A stretch of 64,000 nt of DNA from Candidatus Omnitrophota bacterium (GTDB taxonomy: Bacteria; Omnitrophota; Gorgyraeia; Gygaellales; Profunditerraquicolaceae): assembly GCA_003598025.1 (NCBI GenBank), contig QZKH01000006.1, positions 172,035 through 236,034 of the forward strand, given 5' to 3'. The position numbers and the translations under genes were made by a program. Below the pieces are notes generated by a model, which was not told the DNA's origin, searched no databases, and was given only the letters and a program-made list of their open reading frames with translations. Below, in pieces: positions 9,654-19,039 of this stretch (position 1 is the first letter of the stretch; the number at the start of each line of letters is the position of its first letter).

Positions 9654-10052
9654 ATGCTACGAAAATTGATATTCTTAATAGGCCTTTGCTTCATTTTAAG
9701 CGGCTGCTGCAGCATCTTAAATAACAGGGTATGCTTATTAAAGAGATTTTCAGCTAACAGGTCAGGGATCGAGAGCCTGTTGAACAGGCAGGAAGACGGT
9801 TTTTACCGCCTTCGTGACGATATAAAGAATAACAAATTAAAAACAGGGTTAAGTAAAAATAAAATAATCTCAGAATATTATTCCCCGGTTTTTTCGTATT
9901 TAAGGGATAAAGACAAAAATATCACTAAAGTACTGGTATACAGGCATCCTACTGAATACTTTTCCTCGGAGTTAATATATCTTTTCTTTGACAGGCGCAA
10001 CAGGCTTACCGCATGGCAGCTATTCGAACCGCCAGACTTAAGCGTATTATAA
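9654..10052 (+). CDS. Hypothetical lipoprotein
   Basis: Lipobox ILSGC after a hydrophobic N-terminus; C-terminus weakly SmpA/BamE-like. Confidence 0.6.
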   Translation: MLRKLIFLIGLCFILSGCCSILNNRVCLLKRFSANRSGIESLLNRQEDGFYRLRDDIKNNKLKTGLSKNKIISEYYSPVFSYLRDKDKNITKVLVYRHPTEYFSSELIYLFFDRRNRLTAWQLFEPPDLSVL

Positions 10053-10067
10053 ACCCTTTAATTAAAA

Positions 10068-12026
10068 TTATGAGCGATTTTGTTTCTGGATGGTCTTTAT
10101 AAAAGCAAGCAGCCTGTTCTTTATTTCCGGGTTCATTCCGACGAATTCAATGCCGGTTTTGAACCTGTTTTTATGCTCATCCGAATTTTTTATCCATCTT
10201 ACCTTGCCGTTTAGCTTGAGGCGTTGCTTATTTATTAACTCGAAGTTCATGCTGATCGAAGAATCAGTATCAAGCCTGCTTTGTGTTTCAATGCACATTC
10301 CTCCCCTGGAGATGTCTATTGCCTGTGTTAGCTCGGGCTTTTTTTCTGATAGTATTTCTATTTCGGCTTTATAATTTATTCTTTTAGCTCTTCTTAACTC
10401 CGAGCCTATAAGGATCTTTTTTATCATTATATTAGCGGCGACCTTTTCCTGTGAATGAGGTTGATTTTCTGCGGGATAGGAAATCACCCCTATATTTATG
10501 AATACATTTTCAACCTTATTCCTGGAGAAATAATCTTTTATCCTGGATTTTAATGATTCGCAAAGCTGGTTTACTTGTTTCTCGTTTTTTGTGGTATAAA
10601 CCAGCCCAAAAGTGCCTTCCCGGTAGTCTTTAAGTATTACCTCTGCAGCGGCATGCGCGCCGGCTGATTTTTTTATTACATCCAACAGCAGTATATCCAG
10701 GTCCCTGAATAATCTCTTTGGTTCGGTTTTTACCCTGTTTTTGAATTTCCTGAAATTTATAATGTTAAGATTCACAAGATAAGCCTTCTCTCCGCTTTGG
10801 ATAACGGCATTTATCTTTTCTTTAACCTTAGGGCTGATTTCGGCAGTAGTATATATGCCCGATAAAGTAAAGAAGAACTTGCTTCCTATTCCGGGTCTTG
10901 ATTCACACCATATTTCTCCGCCGTGCCTTTCTACCAGCTCTTTGGTAATGGAGAGGCCCAGGCCCAATCCTTTTATTTGCTGGGCTATATTTTTTGATAC
11001 CTGAACAAATTTATTAAATAATTTGGGAATATCGTCTTTTGAAATGCCTATGCCGTCATCAATTACGCCTATCCTTATTTTATCCTCAAGTATCTTTACC
11101 TCGATTTTAATGTGGCCGTTTTCTTGGGTAAACTTGATGGCATTAGATAAAAGATTCGAAATGCATTGGTATATCCTTTCCGGATCAATAAAAATGTTTA
11201 TCTGCTTTTTAGGCAGGTCAAAGGAAACCCGGATTTGTTTTTGGGCAGCCAAATTCAAAAAGTCCTGATAAGATTGCAGGAGGAGATCGTTAAAGTTCAC
11301 AAGAGAGAAATTGACCCTAAGTGTCCCTTTTTCTATCCTGGAGATATCAAGGAGGTCTTCGATTATTTTTCTGAGCCTCTCCGTATTATTCCTGGCTTTA
11401 TATAACAGTTCCTTTTGCTTTTCATTAAGCGGCCCGGTTATTTCATCATGAAGCAGGAGTATTATTTCTTTGATTATTGACAAAGGGGTTCTTAATTCAT
11501 GGGAAACAATTGAAACAAAATCGGATTTCAGTTTGTTTAAATCTTTTTCAATCTCCAATTTTTTTTCAAGCATGCCTTTTTCGTTCTTGAGATAATCCAG
11601 CTGCATGCGGTGGGTGATATCCCTGGTTATGCCCATAAGGCCGATTATTTTGCCTTCTTTATCGAACCTCGGTATTTTTGTTGTGCTGACATAATTATCT
11701 ATGCCGTCAGGCCGGGTTGCCCTTTCGATTTTATCGATTATGGGATTCCCGGTCCGGATAACGAATTTATCGTCTTCAGCCATTTTTTTTGCGCGGTCTT
11801 TGGGAAAAATGTCAAAATCAGTTTTTCCAATGACCTGCTTGGGTTTTAAGCCTAAGCCTTTGGCGTGTGCTTCATTTACGAGTAGCAATTTGCCTTTTTT
11901 ATCCTTAAAGTATATTACATCGGGGATGTGGTTTATGAGGTCGGAGAGTAATTCGTATTTATTTTGTATATTGTTTCGGGAGCCCGGGTCGCTAATAAGG
12001 GGGTTAATGATTCTTTTTCTTGTCAT
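10068..12026 (-). CDS. PAS histidine kinase with degenerate GGDEF-like region and C-terminal PilZ domain
   Basis: PAS (IYFKDKKG), VSHELRTPL, NAIKF, DDGIG, GLGLG; C-terminal RRAKR and DISRGG PilZ motifs. Confidence 0.88.
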   Translation of the reverse strand: MTRKRIINPLISDPGSRNNIQNKYELLSDLINHIPDVIYFKDKKGKLLLVNEAHAKGLGLKPKQVIGKTDFDIFPKDRAKKMAEDDKFVIRTGNPIIDKIERATRPDGIDNYVSTTKIPRFDKEGKIIGLMGITRDITHRMQLDYLKNEKGMLEKKLEIEKDLNKLKSDFVSIVSHELRTPLSIIKEIILLLHDEITGPLNEKQKELLYKARNNTERLRKIIEDLLDISRIEKGTLRVNFSLVNFNDLLLQSYQDFLNLAAQKQIRVSFDLPKKQINIFIDPERIYQCISNLLSNAIKFTQENGHIKIEVKILEDKIRIGVIDDGIGISKDDIPKLFNKFVQVSKNIAQQIKGLGLGLSITKELVERHGGEIWCESRPGIGSKFFFTLSGIYTTAEISPKVKEKINAVIQSGEKAYLVNLNIINFRKFKNRVKTEPKRLFRDLDILLLDVIKKSAGAHAAAEVILKDYREGTFGLVYTTKNEKQVNQLCESLKSRIKDYFSRNKVENVFINIGVISYPAENQPHSQEKVAANIMIKKILIGSELRRAKRINYKAEIEILSEKKPELTQAIDISRGGMCIETQSRLDTDSSISMNFELINKQRLKLNGKVRWIKNSDEHKNRFKTGIEFVGMNPEIKNRLLAFIKTIQKQNRS

Positions 12027-12062
12027 TTTTTTACTATTTTTGCCGGTATTGATCCTATACTA

Positions 12063-12091
12063 ATCATACTACCCAAAGGCGCGTAAGTCAA
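12063..12091 (-). promoter_or_regulatory. Sigma70-type promoter for the PilZ kinase
   Basis: Minus strand reads TTGACT-17 bp-TATGAT, ~37 bp upstream of the ATG at 12026. Confidence 0.65.
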
Positions 12092-12256
12092 CAATTGTTA
12101 GTTGTTATTTCGTATATTCATTTCTAAATAAACCCTGTATTTTCAATGTGTTATTGTAAAAAAAGGCGATTATGTTATAATCATAAACAGGCAAAATTAT
12201 TGTTGATTAATATGTTTTGTATGTTATTTTATGTATTATAGGCAAAGGAGGGCAAA

Positions 12257-12643
12257 ATGCCTAAGAAAAAGATTTTAGTCGTTGACGATGAGGCCCATTT
12301 CTTAGAATTGATTAAGATGAGGCTGGAGGCAAATGGTTACGAAGTTGTAACTGCTAATTCCGGTAGAGAGGCAATTAATATCCTTAATGAAAAAAAACCT
12401 GATGCGGTCCTGTTGGATATAATTATGCCGGATATTGACGGGATCAAGGTTTTAGAAGAAATCAGGAAGAAATATAAGAAGTTGCCGGTATTTATGATTA
12501 CCGGTTTTTCGGGAGATGAGCGTTTTAAACTTGCTAACACCTTTGAGGCATCCGGTTTTATAGTAAAGACCAAAGATTTGAATGAAGAGATAAAGAATAT
12601 TACCGGGGTTCTCAATATGGCGGATAGATATAAGAAAAGCTGA
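12257..12643 (+). CDS. Single-domain response regulator (receiver)
   Basis: VVDDE, LLDIIMP (phosphoacceptor Asp), T and K conserved; SD AAGGAGG. Confidence 0.92.
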   Translation: MPKKKILVVDDEAHFLELIKMRLEANGYEVVTANSGREAINILNEKKPDAVLLDIIMPDIDGIKVLEEIRKKYKKLPVFMITGFSGDERFKLANTFEASGFIVKTKDLNEEIKNITGVLNMADRYKKS

Positions 12644-12668
12644 TAACTAAAATATGAGGGGATAGGTC

Positions 12669-13037
12669 ATGGAGCAGAAAAAAATTCTTATTGTTGACGA
12701 TGAGCCGGAATTAGTAGAAGTGCTCAGGCTGAGGCTGGAGGCAAATGGATATACCGTAATGGAGGCATCTAACGGCCAGGAGGGTTTTGATATGGCCAGG
12801 GGCCTGAAACCGGATTTGATTATCCTGGACTTAATGCTCCCTAAAATAGACGGGTATAAAATTTGCCGTATGCTTAAATTCGACGAAAAATATAAACATA
12901 TCCCTATTATTCTGTTTACCGCCCGTGCCCAAGACCAGGATTTAAAAACCGGCATGGAGGTGGGAGCTGATGCCTATATTACCAAGCCGTTTGAACCACA
13001 AGTATTATTATCTAAAATAAAAGAGTTAATCAAGTAG
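12669..13037 (+). CDS. Single-domain response regulator (receiver)
   Basis: IVDDE, ILDLMLP, FTAR, GADAYITKPF. Confidence 0.93.
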   Translation: MEQKKILIVDDEPELVEVLRLRLEANGYTVMEASNGQEGFDMARGLKPDLIILDLMLPKIDGYKICRMLKFDEKYKHIPIILFTARAQDQDLKTGMEVGADAYITKPFEPQVLLSKIKELIK

Positions 13038-13040
13038 GCC

Positions 13041-14699
13041 TTGAATATGGAAACCGTGGATTTACTTTTAAAACAAGGGCTCATAACACAGGAGCAGATT
13101 AATAAGGCAAAGGATGAGTCTGCCAGGACCGGGCTTCGTTTAGAAAAAGCGCTGGAGAAATTGGGATTTATCAGTGAAGAGGATGTTGCCAAGGTCAAGG
13201 CGGACCACCTGGGTGTCCCGTATATGGACCTGGCTGACTATATCGTTGATGCGCAGGTAGCAAAAATCATACCTGAAGAGGTCCTCAAAAAACACAGAGC
13301 AGTGCCGATCTTTAAAATAGCTGATTGTATTACTGTAGCTATGGTCAATCCTAATGATATCAGGGTCCTGGATGAGATGAGGAAGATAAGCGGCATAGAT
13401 AATGTTGAACCTGTCCTGGTTTCAGATAGCGGCATACAACGGGTCCTTGATTCGCTGCATGGATCGGCAAAAAGCGTAGAAGAGTTTGTCAAGATTATAG
13501 AAAAGGACGAGAAAAATACAGAAGGCGATGTAAAAAGCGCCGATAGCGAATCCCCTGTAATAAAACTGGTTAATACTTTGATTTCCGAAGGTATAAGAGA
13601 CAGGGCTTCTGATATACATATCGAGCCAGAGCAGGATGTGCTTCGGGTCAGGTATAGAATAGACGGCATATTGCATGAAACGCATACCCTTCCGACAAAG
13701 TTAAATAATGCGATTGTTTCCCGTATCAAAATAATGTCTAACCTGGATATCGCCGAAAGCAGGAAGCCCCAGGATGGCAAGGTGCGTTTAAAACTTGAAA
13801 ATAAAAGCATAGACATACGTGTATCTACATTTCCTACTGTCTACGGCGAGAACGTTGTTTTAAGGCTCCTGGATAAAGCATCCATACTGCTTAGCCTTAA
13901 AGACCTTGGATTTTCAAATGATAATTTTGCTATGTTTGATAAGATTATCCGCAGGCCAAACGGGATAATCCTTGTTACCGGCCCAACGGGAAGCGGTAAG
14001 ACCACTACTCTTTATGCCGCATTAACGAATATAAGTTCTATGGAAAAAAATATAATAACTATTGAGGACCCGGTTGAGTATGAAATCCCATTAATAAGGC
14101 AGACGCAGGTAAATCCTAAGGCCGGCATAACCTTTGCAAACGGCTTACGTTCAATATTGAGGCAGGACCCTGATGTGGTTATGGTCGGAGAGATACGGGA
14201 CAAAGAAACAGCCGAGATCGCCATACAGGCATCTCTTACTGGGCATCTGGTGTTTTCTACACTGCATACAAATGATGCCCCTTCGGCTTTAACCAGGCTT
14301 ATAGATATGGGCATAGAGCCTTTTCTGATCTCCAGCTCAATTATAGGCGTACTTGCCCAGAGGCTGGTAAGAAAGATATGCGACAAATGTAAAGAAAAAT
14401 ACACGCCCTCCGATAAATTGCCTGAAGGCTTGGGTTTTGAGGGGAGTGTTGAATTATACAGAGGAGAAGGATGCCCTGCCTGCAGGAATACCGGCTTTAT
14501 CGGCAGGATCGGTATTTTTGAATTATTGATTATAGATGAAAATATACGCAGGATGGTCGAAGAAAAGAGCCCGGCCGATAAGATAAAGAAAAGAGCGATT
14601 GAATCAGGGTTAAAGACCTTGCTGTTTGATGGTGTTGACAAAGCCAGGTCGGGCCTGACTACAATCGATGAAGTGTTAAGGGTAACCGAAACACAATAA
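13041..14699 (+). CDS. pilB: PilB/GspE-type assembly ATPase
   Basis: ASDIHIEP, Walker A GPTGSGKT, TIEDPVE, LRQDPD, GEIRD, TGHLVFSTLH, Zn pair CDKC/CPAC. Start may be ATG at 13047. Confidence 0.95.
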   Translation: MNMETVDLLLKQGLITQEQINKAKDESARTGLRLEKALEKLGFISEEDVAKVKADHLGVPYMDLADYIVDAQVAKIIPEEVLKKHRAVPIFKIADCITVAMVNPNDIRVLDEMRKISGIDNVEPVLVSDSGIQRVLDSLHGSAKSVEEFVKIIEKDEKNTEGDVKSADSESPVIKLVNTLISEGIRDRASDIHIEPEQDVLRVRYRIDGILHETHTLPTKLNNAIVSRIKIMSNLDIAESRKPQDGKVRLKLENKSIDIRVSTFPTVYGENVVLRLLDKASILLSLKDLGFSNDNFAMFDKIIRRPNGIILVTGPTGSGKTTTLYAALTNISSMEKNIITIEDPVEYEIPLIRQTQVNPKAGITFANGLRSILRQDPDVVMVGEIRDKETAEIAIQASLTGHLVFSTLHTNDAPSALTRLIDMGIEPFLISSSIIGVLAQRLVRKICDKCKEKYTPSDKLPEGLGFEGSVELYRGEGCPACRNTGFIGRIGIFELLIIDENIRRMVEEKSPADKIKKRAIESGLKTLLFDGVDKARSGLTTIDEVLRVTETQ

Positions 14700-14700
14700 T

Positions 14701-15918
14701 ATGCAGTCCTATAGATATAAAGCAAGGGATAATTTCGGCAAGCTTGTAGATAATATTATGACTGCTGATTCTGAGCTGGCAGTAGCTAAAAAGCTTAATC
14801 AGCTGGGATATATTCCTATCTCTATCCACCCAATCCATGAAAATAATGAGTTTTTTGCCAGGCTTTTCGGAAGATTTGGTAATGTTTCAATAGGGGACAT
14901 TGCCATGTTTACCAGGCAGTTTTCTGCTTTGCAGAAAGCCGGTATCCCTATCAGGGTAAGCCTCAATGCATTAAGGGAGCAAGCTACAAACAAGACCCTT
15001 AAGAGGACCATTGATTCTGTCATTAAAGATATAGAGGCCGGTATGCTTCTATCCGGTGCTATGGCTAAACATCCCAAGGTTTTTAGCGAGTTGTATATTA
15101 ATATGATCACTGCAGGTGAGGCCAGCGGTTTATTGGATGAGGCGCTTGACAGGCTCGCTGTTCTTTCAGAGCATGACGAGTCAATAAGGCTTAAAATTAA
15201 GGCAGCAACACGATACCCCGTAATTGTTGTTATAGCGATAGTCCTTGGTTTCCTGGTGCTTACTACGATGGTCGTACCCAGATTTGCAAAAATATACAGT
15301 CAGTTTACGGTACAACTTCCATTTCCAACGCGGGTATTAATAGGCATTAATTATGCTGTTACCAAATTCTGGTGGCTGATTATTTTGCTAGGAGGTATTT
15401 TTGCCTATTTGTTCAAGAGGGTAATAAAAACCGATTCAGGGAGGATCTGGTGGGATACGATCAAACTTAAAGTCCCTATTTTTGGCCCTTTAGTTTTGAA
15501 GCTGACCATGTCCAGGTTTGCGCGTATAAGCGGTACATTGTTGAAAGCAGGCGTGCCGATTTTGAATGTTTTGGATCTTTCAACCAAGGCCACGGGAAAT
15601 GTTGTGGTCTCCAGAGTGATTGAAAATATAAGGGTTAATGTCAGTGAGGGCAAAGGGATGACTGAACCGATGAAAATCAGCGGCATGTTCCCGCCGGTAG
15701 TAATACAAATGGTTTCAGTAGGCGAGAGCACGGGTAAATTGGATGAGTTATTAATGCATGTTTCCAATTATTATGACTCGCAGGTCGATTACACAATAAG
15801 CAATCTGACCACGCTCATTGAACCGATATTAATATTTGTCCTGGGGTGCATTGTTTTGTTTATGGCGCTTGGTATATTTCTACCGGTATGGAACTTGATG
15901 AATGTGTTTAAGAGATAA
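14701..15918 (+). CDS. pilC: PilC/GspF platform protein
   Basis: FTRQF, AGEASG.LD, RYP, VVPRF, VGESTG.LD, IEP; two T2SSF repeats. Confidence 0.95.
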   Translation: MQSYRYKARDNFGKLVDNIMTADSELAVAKKLNQLGYIPISIHPIHENNEFFARLFGRFGNVSIGDIAMFTRQFSALQKAGIPIRVSLNALREQATNKTLKRTIDSVIKDIEAGMLLSGAMAKHPKVFSELYINMITAGEASGLLDEALDRLAVLSEHDESIRLKIKAATRYPVIVVIAIVLGFLVLTTMVVPRFAKIYSQFTVQLPFPTRVLIGINYAVTKFWWLIILLGGIFAYLFKRVIKTDSGRIWWDTIKLKVPIFGPLVLKLTMSRFARISGTLLKAGVPILNVLDLSTKATGNVVVSRVIENIRVNVSEGKGMTEPMKISGMFPPVVIQMVSVGESTGKLDELLMHVSNYYDSQVDYTISNLTTLIEPILIFVLGCIVLFMALGIFLPVWNLMNVFKR

Positions 15919-15926
15919 AGGCAGGA

Positions 15927-16073
15927 TAGTTCATGGAGCGTAGTTCACAGATTACAGATATAGCTACATGGAGACACAAAGACACCAGGTCACCTGCCTA
16001 CCGGCAGGCAGGCAAAGTCACAGTTTTTCTTGTGTCTCATAGCTGTGAACTGTGAACCGTGCACTGTGCGCTA
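15927..16073. repeat. Heptamer-arm hairpin repeat, copy 2, with nested inner repeats
   Basis: Arms TAGTTCA TGGAGCG TAGTTCA CAG / CTG TGAACTG TGAACCG TGCACTG TGCGCTA; inner inverted repeat GAGACACAA/TTGTGTCTC; central palindrome CCTGCCTACCGGCAGGCAGG (15993-16012). Confidence 0.8.
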
Positions 16074-16101
16074 ATATAATCTCCTTGCAAATAATATCGC
16101 T

Positions 16102-16497
16102 ATGATATATAATCGCTCTAAAGTTGGTTTTACGTTCTTTGAAGCAGTCATATCCTTGACAATAATAGCAGTATTTATCTCGGTTTTTTTTATTTTCTAT
16201 CACCAGGCATCCATATTAGCAAAAGAAAAGGTACTGCAGGTGGAATTAAAAGGCCTTAGGATGTCGCTTTCTTTATATAAAGCAACGCAGGGGCATTATC
16301 CGCAAGACTTGAGGGAATTGATATCGGCAAATTATAAGATGGCAACACTTGCCGACGTTTTATTTAAAAGCGAATATTTATCTACAATATCAACGGATAA
16401 AGAAGGGTTCCCTGTGGATGTCTTTGGAAATAGATACCATTATGATCCTTATCGGGGCGATGTTGCTTCGGCTACGAGGGATTATCAAAACTGGTAA
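16102..16497 (+). CDS. Prepilin/pseudopilin (GspG-like C-terminus)
   Basis: KVG/FTFFE class III signal; Y...GHYP..L..L and DVFGNRYHY GspG-like motifs. Confidence 0.8.
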   Translation: MIYNRSKVGFTFFEAVISLTIIAVFISVFFIFYHQASILAKEKVLQVELKGLRMSLSLYKATQGHYPQDLRELISANYKMATLADVLFKSEYLSTISTDKEGFPVDVFGNRYHYDPYRGDVASATRDYQNW

Positions 16498-16525
16498 GTC
16501 TTGAAAAATCGAAAGGAGGAGTAGC

Positions 16526-16906
16526 ATGATCAACAGAAAAGGTTTCACGCTTATTGAGCTTGTCATGATCATCGTCATACTCGGTATACTTGCAGCAGTC
16601 GCAATACCCAATTTTTATAACCTTCAGAGCGATGCAAAGACTTCAGCCGAAAAGGGTGTTGTCGGCGGAGTAAGGGCAGGCATTGCCACTTATTATGCAA
16701 ACCAATGCGCAAGCGGTACATGCGCATACCCGGCTGCGCTTGATGCAGCAACAACCGGTGCTTGCACTGCATCAAATGCCTGTTTTGATAATGTCCTTTC
16801 TCAAGGTGGTATAACCTCTGACTGGACAAAGGCATCAGCTACTACTTATACCGGTCCTGCAGGCACTACTTATACTTATACTGCCGCCACAGGGTCTTTC
16901 CAATAA
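16526..16906 (+). CDS. Probable major type IV pilin (MshA-like)
   Basis: RKG/FTLIELVMIIVILGILAAVAIP; short, four Cys, strong SD AAGGAGG, followed by a long hairpin. Confidence 0.88.
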   Translation: MINRKGFTLIELVMIIVILGILAAVAIPNFYNLQSDAKTSAEKGVVGGVRAGIATYYANQCASGTCAYPAALDAATTGACTASNACFDNVLSQGGITSDWTKASATTYTGPAGTTYTYTAATGSFQ

Positions 16907-16916
16907 TCTTATTTAA

Positions 16917-16964
16917 TGAGGCGGCTGGTAATCCGTTGTTCATAGCGTATTACCGGCTGCCTCA
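16917..16964 (+). terminator. Long stem-loop after the major pilin (terminator/attenuator or 3' stabiliser)
   Basis: TGAGGCGGCTGGTAAT pairs with ATTACCGGCTGCCTCA (16 bp, two G-U pairs) plus an inner CGTTG/TAGCG stem; no clear U tract. Confidence 0.6.
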
Positions 16965-16987
16965 AGTTACTCACTTCCTTAGAGGAG

Positions 16988-17761
16988 ATGCATATCAATA
17001 AAAAAGGCATCACCCTAATTGCCTCAGTTTTCCTGATAGTATTAGCTTCCATACTGATTTTAAGCCTTTCATTCTTTATTGTCCAAAGGCTCTCCCAGGG
17101 CCAGACAGAGATCATTAAAACAAAAACAATTTATTCGGCTAATGCAGGGATAAACAGCTCTGCATATTGGTTCAGGTTCCATGATTTAACCGCAAACGGG
17201 TATTTTACCTTAGGGCAGACAAATACCGGTTCCCAGGATTATTTTGTCTTAGGCGGAGATGCCGCAGATCTATTGATGCTTAATACCATCAATTCATTCC
17301 TTGCTTCTTCTAACAGGAATTTAGAAGGGCTTACTATGCAAAATGCCACTAATTCAAGCAGTATTACGATCGACCGGATGATTGTTACCTGGAATAATAA
17401 TAGGAGGCTGCGAGTGATAGGAATAAACGGCAGCAATGTTTGGACCGGGAATTCAGCCTCTCCTGCTGATTGTAACATATCAAACTTTACTCTTAATACC
17501 ACCCCAACAATATATAGTATAAATTATCTGCAATTTAACAACAGTATGACCGGAGCTACTATATCTATTCAGTTCGTCATGACTGACGGTTCAAGCAAGA
17601 CTTTGACAGCATATCCGGCTTCCAATAATTATAATTTCACGGTTAAATCTACAGGGAAGACTACAGGTTCAAGTTTTTACAGGACGGTACAGGCAGAATA
17701 TAACGCACTCACATCTAAATTTATTGATTATGATGAAATATATACACAGATTACACCATAA
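16988..17761 (+). CDS. Minor pilin, PilX/GspK-like
   Basis: KKG/ITLIASV signal lacking Glu+5; A.AGI motif; beta-rich Asn/Thr/Ser body. Confidence 0.7.
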   Translation: MHINKKGITLIASVFLIVLASILILSLSFFIVQRLSQGQTEIIKTKTIYSANAGINSSAYWFRFHDLTANGYFTLGQTNTGSQDYFVLGGDAADLLMLNTINSFLASSNRNLEGLTMQNATNSSSITIDRMIVTWNNNRRLRVIGINGSNVWTGNSASPADCNISNFTLNTTPTIYSINYLQFNNSMTGATISIQFVMTDGSSKTLTAYPASNNYNFTVKSTGKTTGSSFYRTVQAEYNALTSKFIDYDEIYTQITP

Positions 17762-18137
17762 TAATGGTTTTACCTTGATTGAACTTATAATGACAATAGT
17801 AATTATTGGGGTTATCGCTATTCCTTTGTCCCTTACCATATTTGCCCAGGTTGAAAGTGCATTTTATAGCCAGGATTTAACAATAGCTCTGAACTTGGGG
17901 AGGCTTGAGATGGAGGGTGTTTATGCGAGTCCATATACTAACATAGTAAGTGCAACTTTTGGCAATTACCAGGGGTATGGTTATGATGTGGCCAGGGTCG
18001 TTACTTATGCGCAGGGGGACGGTTCATCAGCAGAGAGCCTTAAAAAAATAGAGGTAACCGTATCAAGAGCCGGATCGACTGATGTCTTGGTGTCATTTTC
18101 AACATATATTGCCAAGAATGTAAGCTATGGATTATGA
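17724..18137 (+). CDS. Minor prepilin (PilV/MshD-like)
   Basis: NNG/FTLIELIMTIVIIG; LKKIEVTV. True start is probably ATG at 17730 or 17733. Confidence 0.82.
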   Translation: MIMMKYIHRLHHNNGFTLIELIMTIVIIGVIAIPLSLTIFAQVESAFYSQDLTIALNLGRLEMEGVYASPYTNIVSATFGNYQGYGYDVARVVTYAQGDGSSAESLKKIEVTVSRAGSTDVLVSFSTYIAKNVSYGL

Positions 18138-18741
18138 TAAATTAGGCATTAGACAGGGTAAAGATATGACGGGTAATCATAAGGCAGCTTTTACAATAAT
18201 TGAGTTTATAATGGTAATGGTGATTATCGGCGTATTGGTCTCAACCGGCGTTTTTATCATGTTGAACCTGACACAGAATTCTGTCTTTTTACCTAATAAG
18301 CTTAATGTAGAAATGGCAGGCCAGGATATTATGGATGATATTATTGATGGTTACCAGAGCCAGGGTTATTCCAGGGTAAAAGGTTTGAGGTTTTCAAGGC
18401 AAATCGTATCGGCCAATCCTGATGCGGTTAATTTTATTAATTCCGATGGCCAGAATGTTCAGTTCAGCTGGGATAACACAAATAAAATTATCAGCCGTTC
18501 TGTTGACGGCGGGCCTGTTCAGAAAATCCCATATTATTTTCCCAACAGTATGTCTATCGTTAAATCCGGGTCAAGCGATATCTTTATCTTTTATGATGCC
18601 AATTCAGCGGTGACAAGCACTGCCTCCGATGTGCGCAGCATAAAGATAACTTTCAGGGTACAAAGCGGTAGCGGAAACTTCCAGGATTGGCAGCATCAGG
18701 TTGATTTTCTTTCAGGCGTTGCGGTGAAAAAATTCCAGTAA
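18127..18741 (+). CDS. Minor prepilin (PilW/MshO-like)
   Basis: KAA/FTIIEFIMVMVIIG. Start may be ATG at 18166. Confidence 0.8.
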   Translation: MDYDKLGIRQGKDMTGNHKAAFTIIEFIMVMVIIGVLVSTGVFIMLNLTQNSVFLPNKLNVEMAGQDIMDDIIDGYQSQGYSRVKGLRFSRQIVSANPDAVNFINSDGQNVQFSWDNTNKIISRSVDGGPVQKIPYYFPNSMSIVKSGSSDIFIFYDANSAVTSTASDVRSIKITFRVQSGSGNFQDWQHQVDFLSGVAVKKFQ

Positions 18742-18805
18742 AATGTATTGATAATATAGTAAAAGGCAGATAGAATATTAATAATTTTCCAAAAGGAGAA
18801 GTAAA

Positions 18806-19039
18806 ATGTTTTTCTTAATTTTTGCCGGGGTAGTTTCACTGGTTTTCGGGATACTATTCTTGTTTTTCCCTGTAGCATTGCGTAACCTTAATGATAAAGC
18901 AAACTTAATTATGACAAGGTCTTTGGCATCTCTTGATGAAAATATAATGAAAATGCGGCTGGGTGTCGGCATTTCTTTAATATTAGCTTCAATATTATCA
19001 TTTTTTGTAATCCTTTATATTATAAAAAGAAGTGGTTAA
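18806..19039 (+). CDS. Small two-TM membrane protein
   Basis: SD AAGGAG; two hydrophobic helices; overlaps the pilM start. Confidence 0.6.
   Translation: MFFLIFAGVVSLVFGILFLFFPVALRNLNDKANLIMTRSLASLDENIMKMRLGVGISLILASILSFFVILYIIKRSG

Noticed and set aside
12027-12256. c-di-GMP riboswitch or ncRNA in the kinase/receiver intergenic region
   Set aside because: AT-rich with promoter-like boxes only; I could not find the GEMM stems. An Infernal/Rfam scan would settle it.
16018-16203. 61 aa minus-strand ORF with a CYYC...C pattern
   Set aside because: It is antisense to the pilin signal/TM region and the nested repeat; the Cys pattern arises from the complement of hydrophobic codons.
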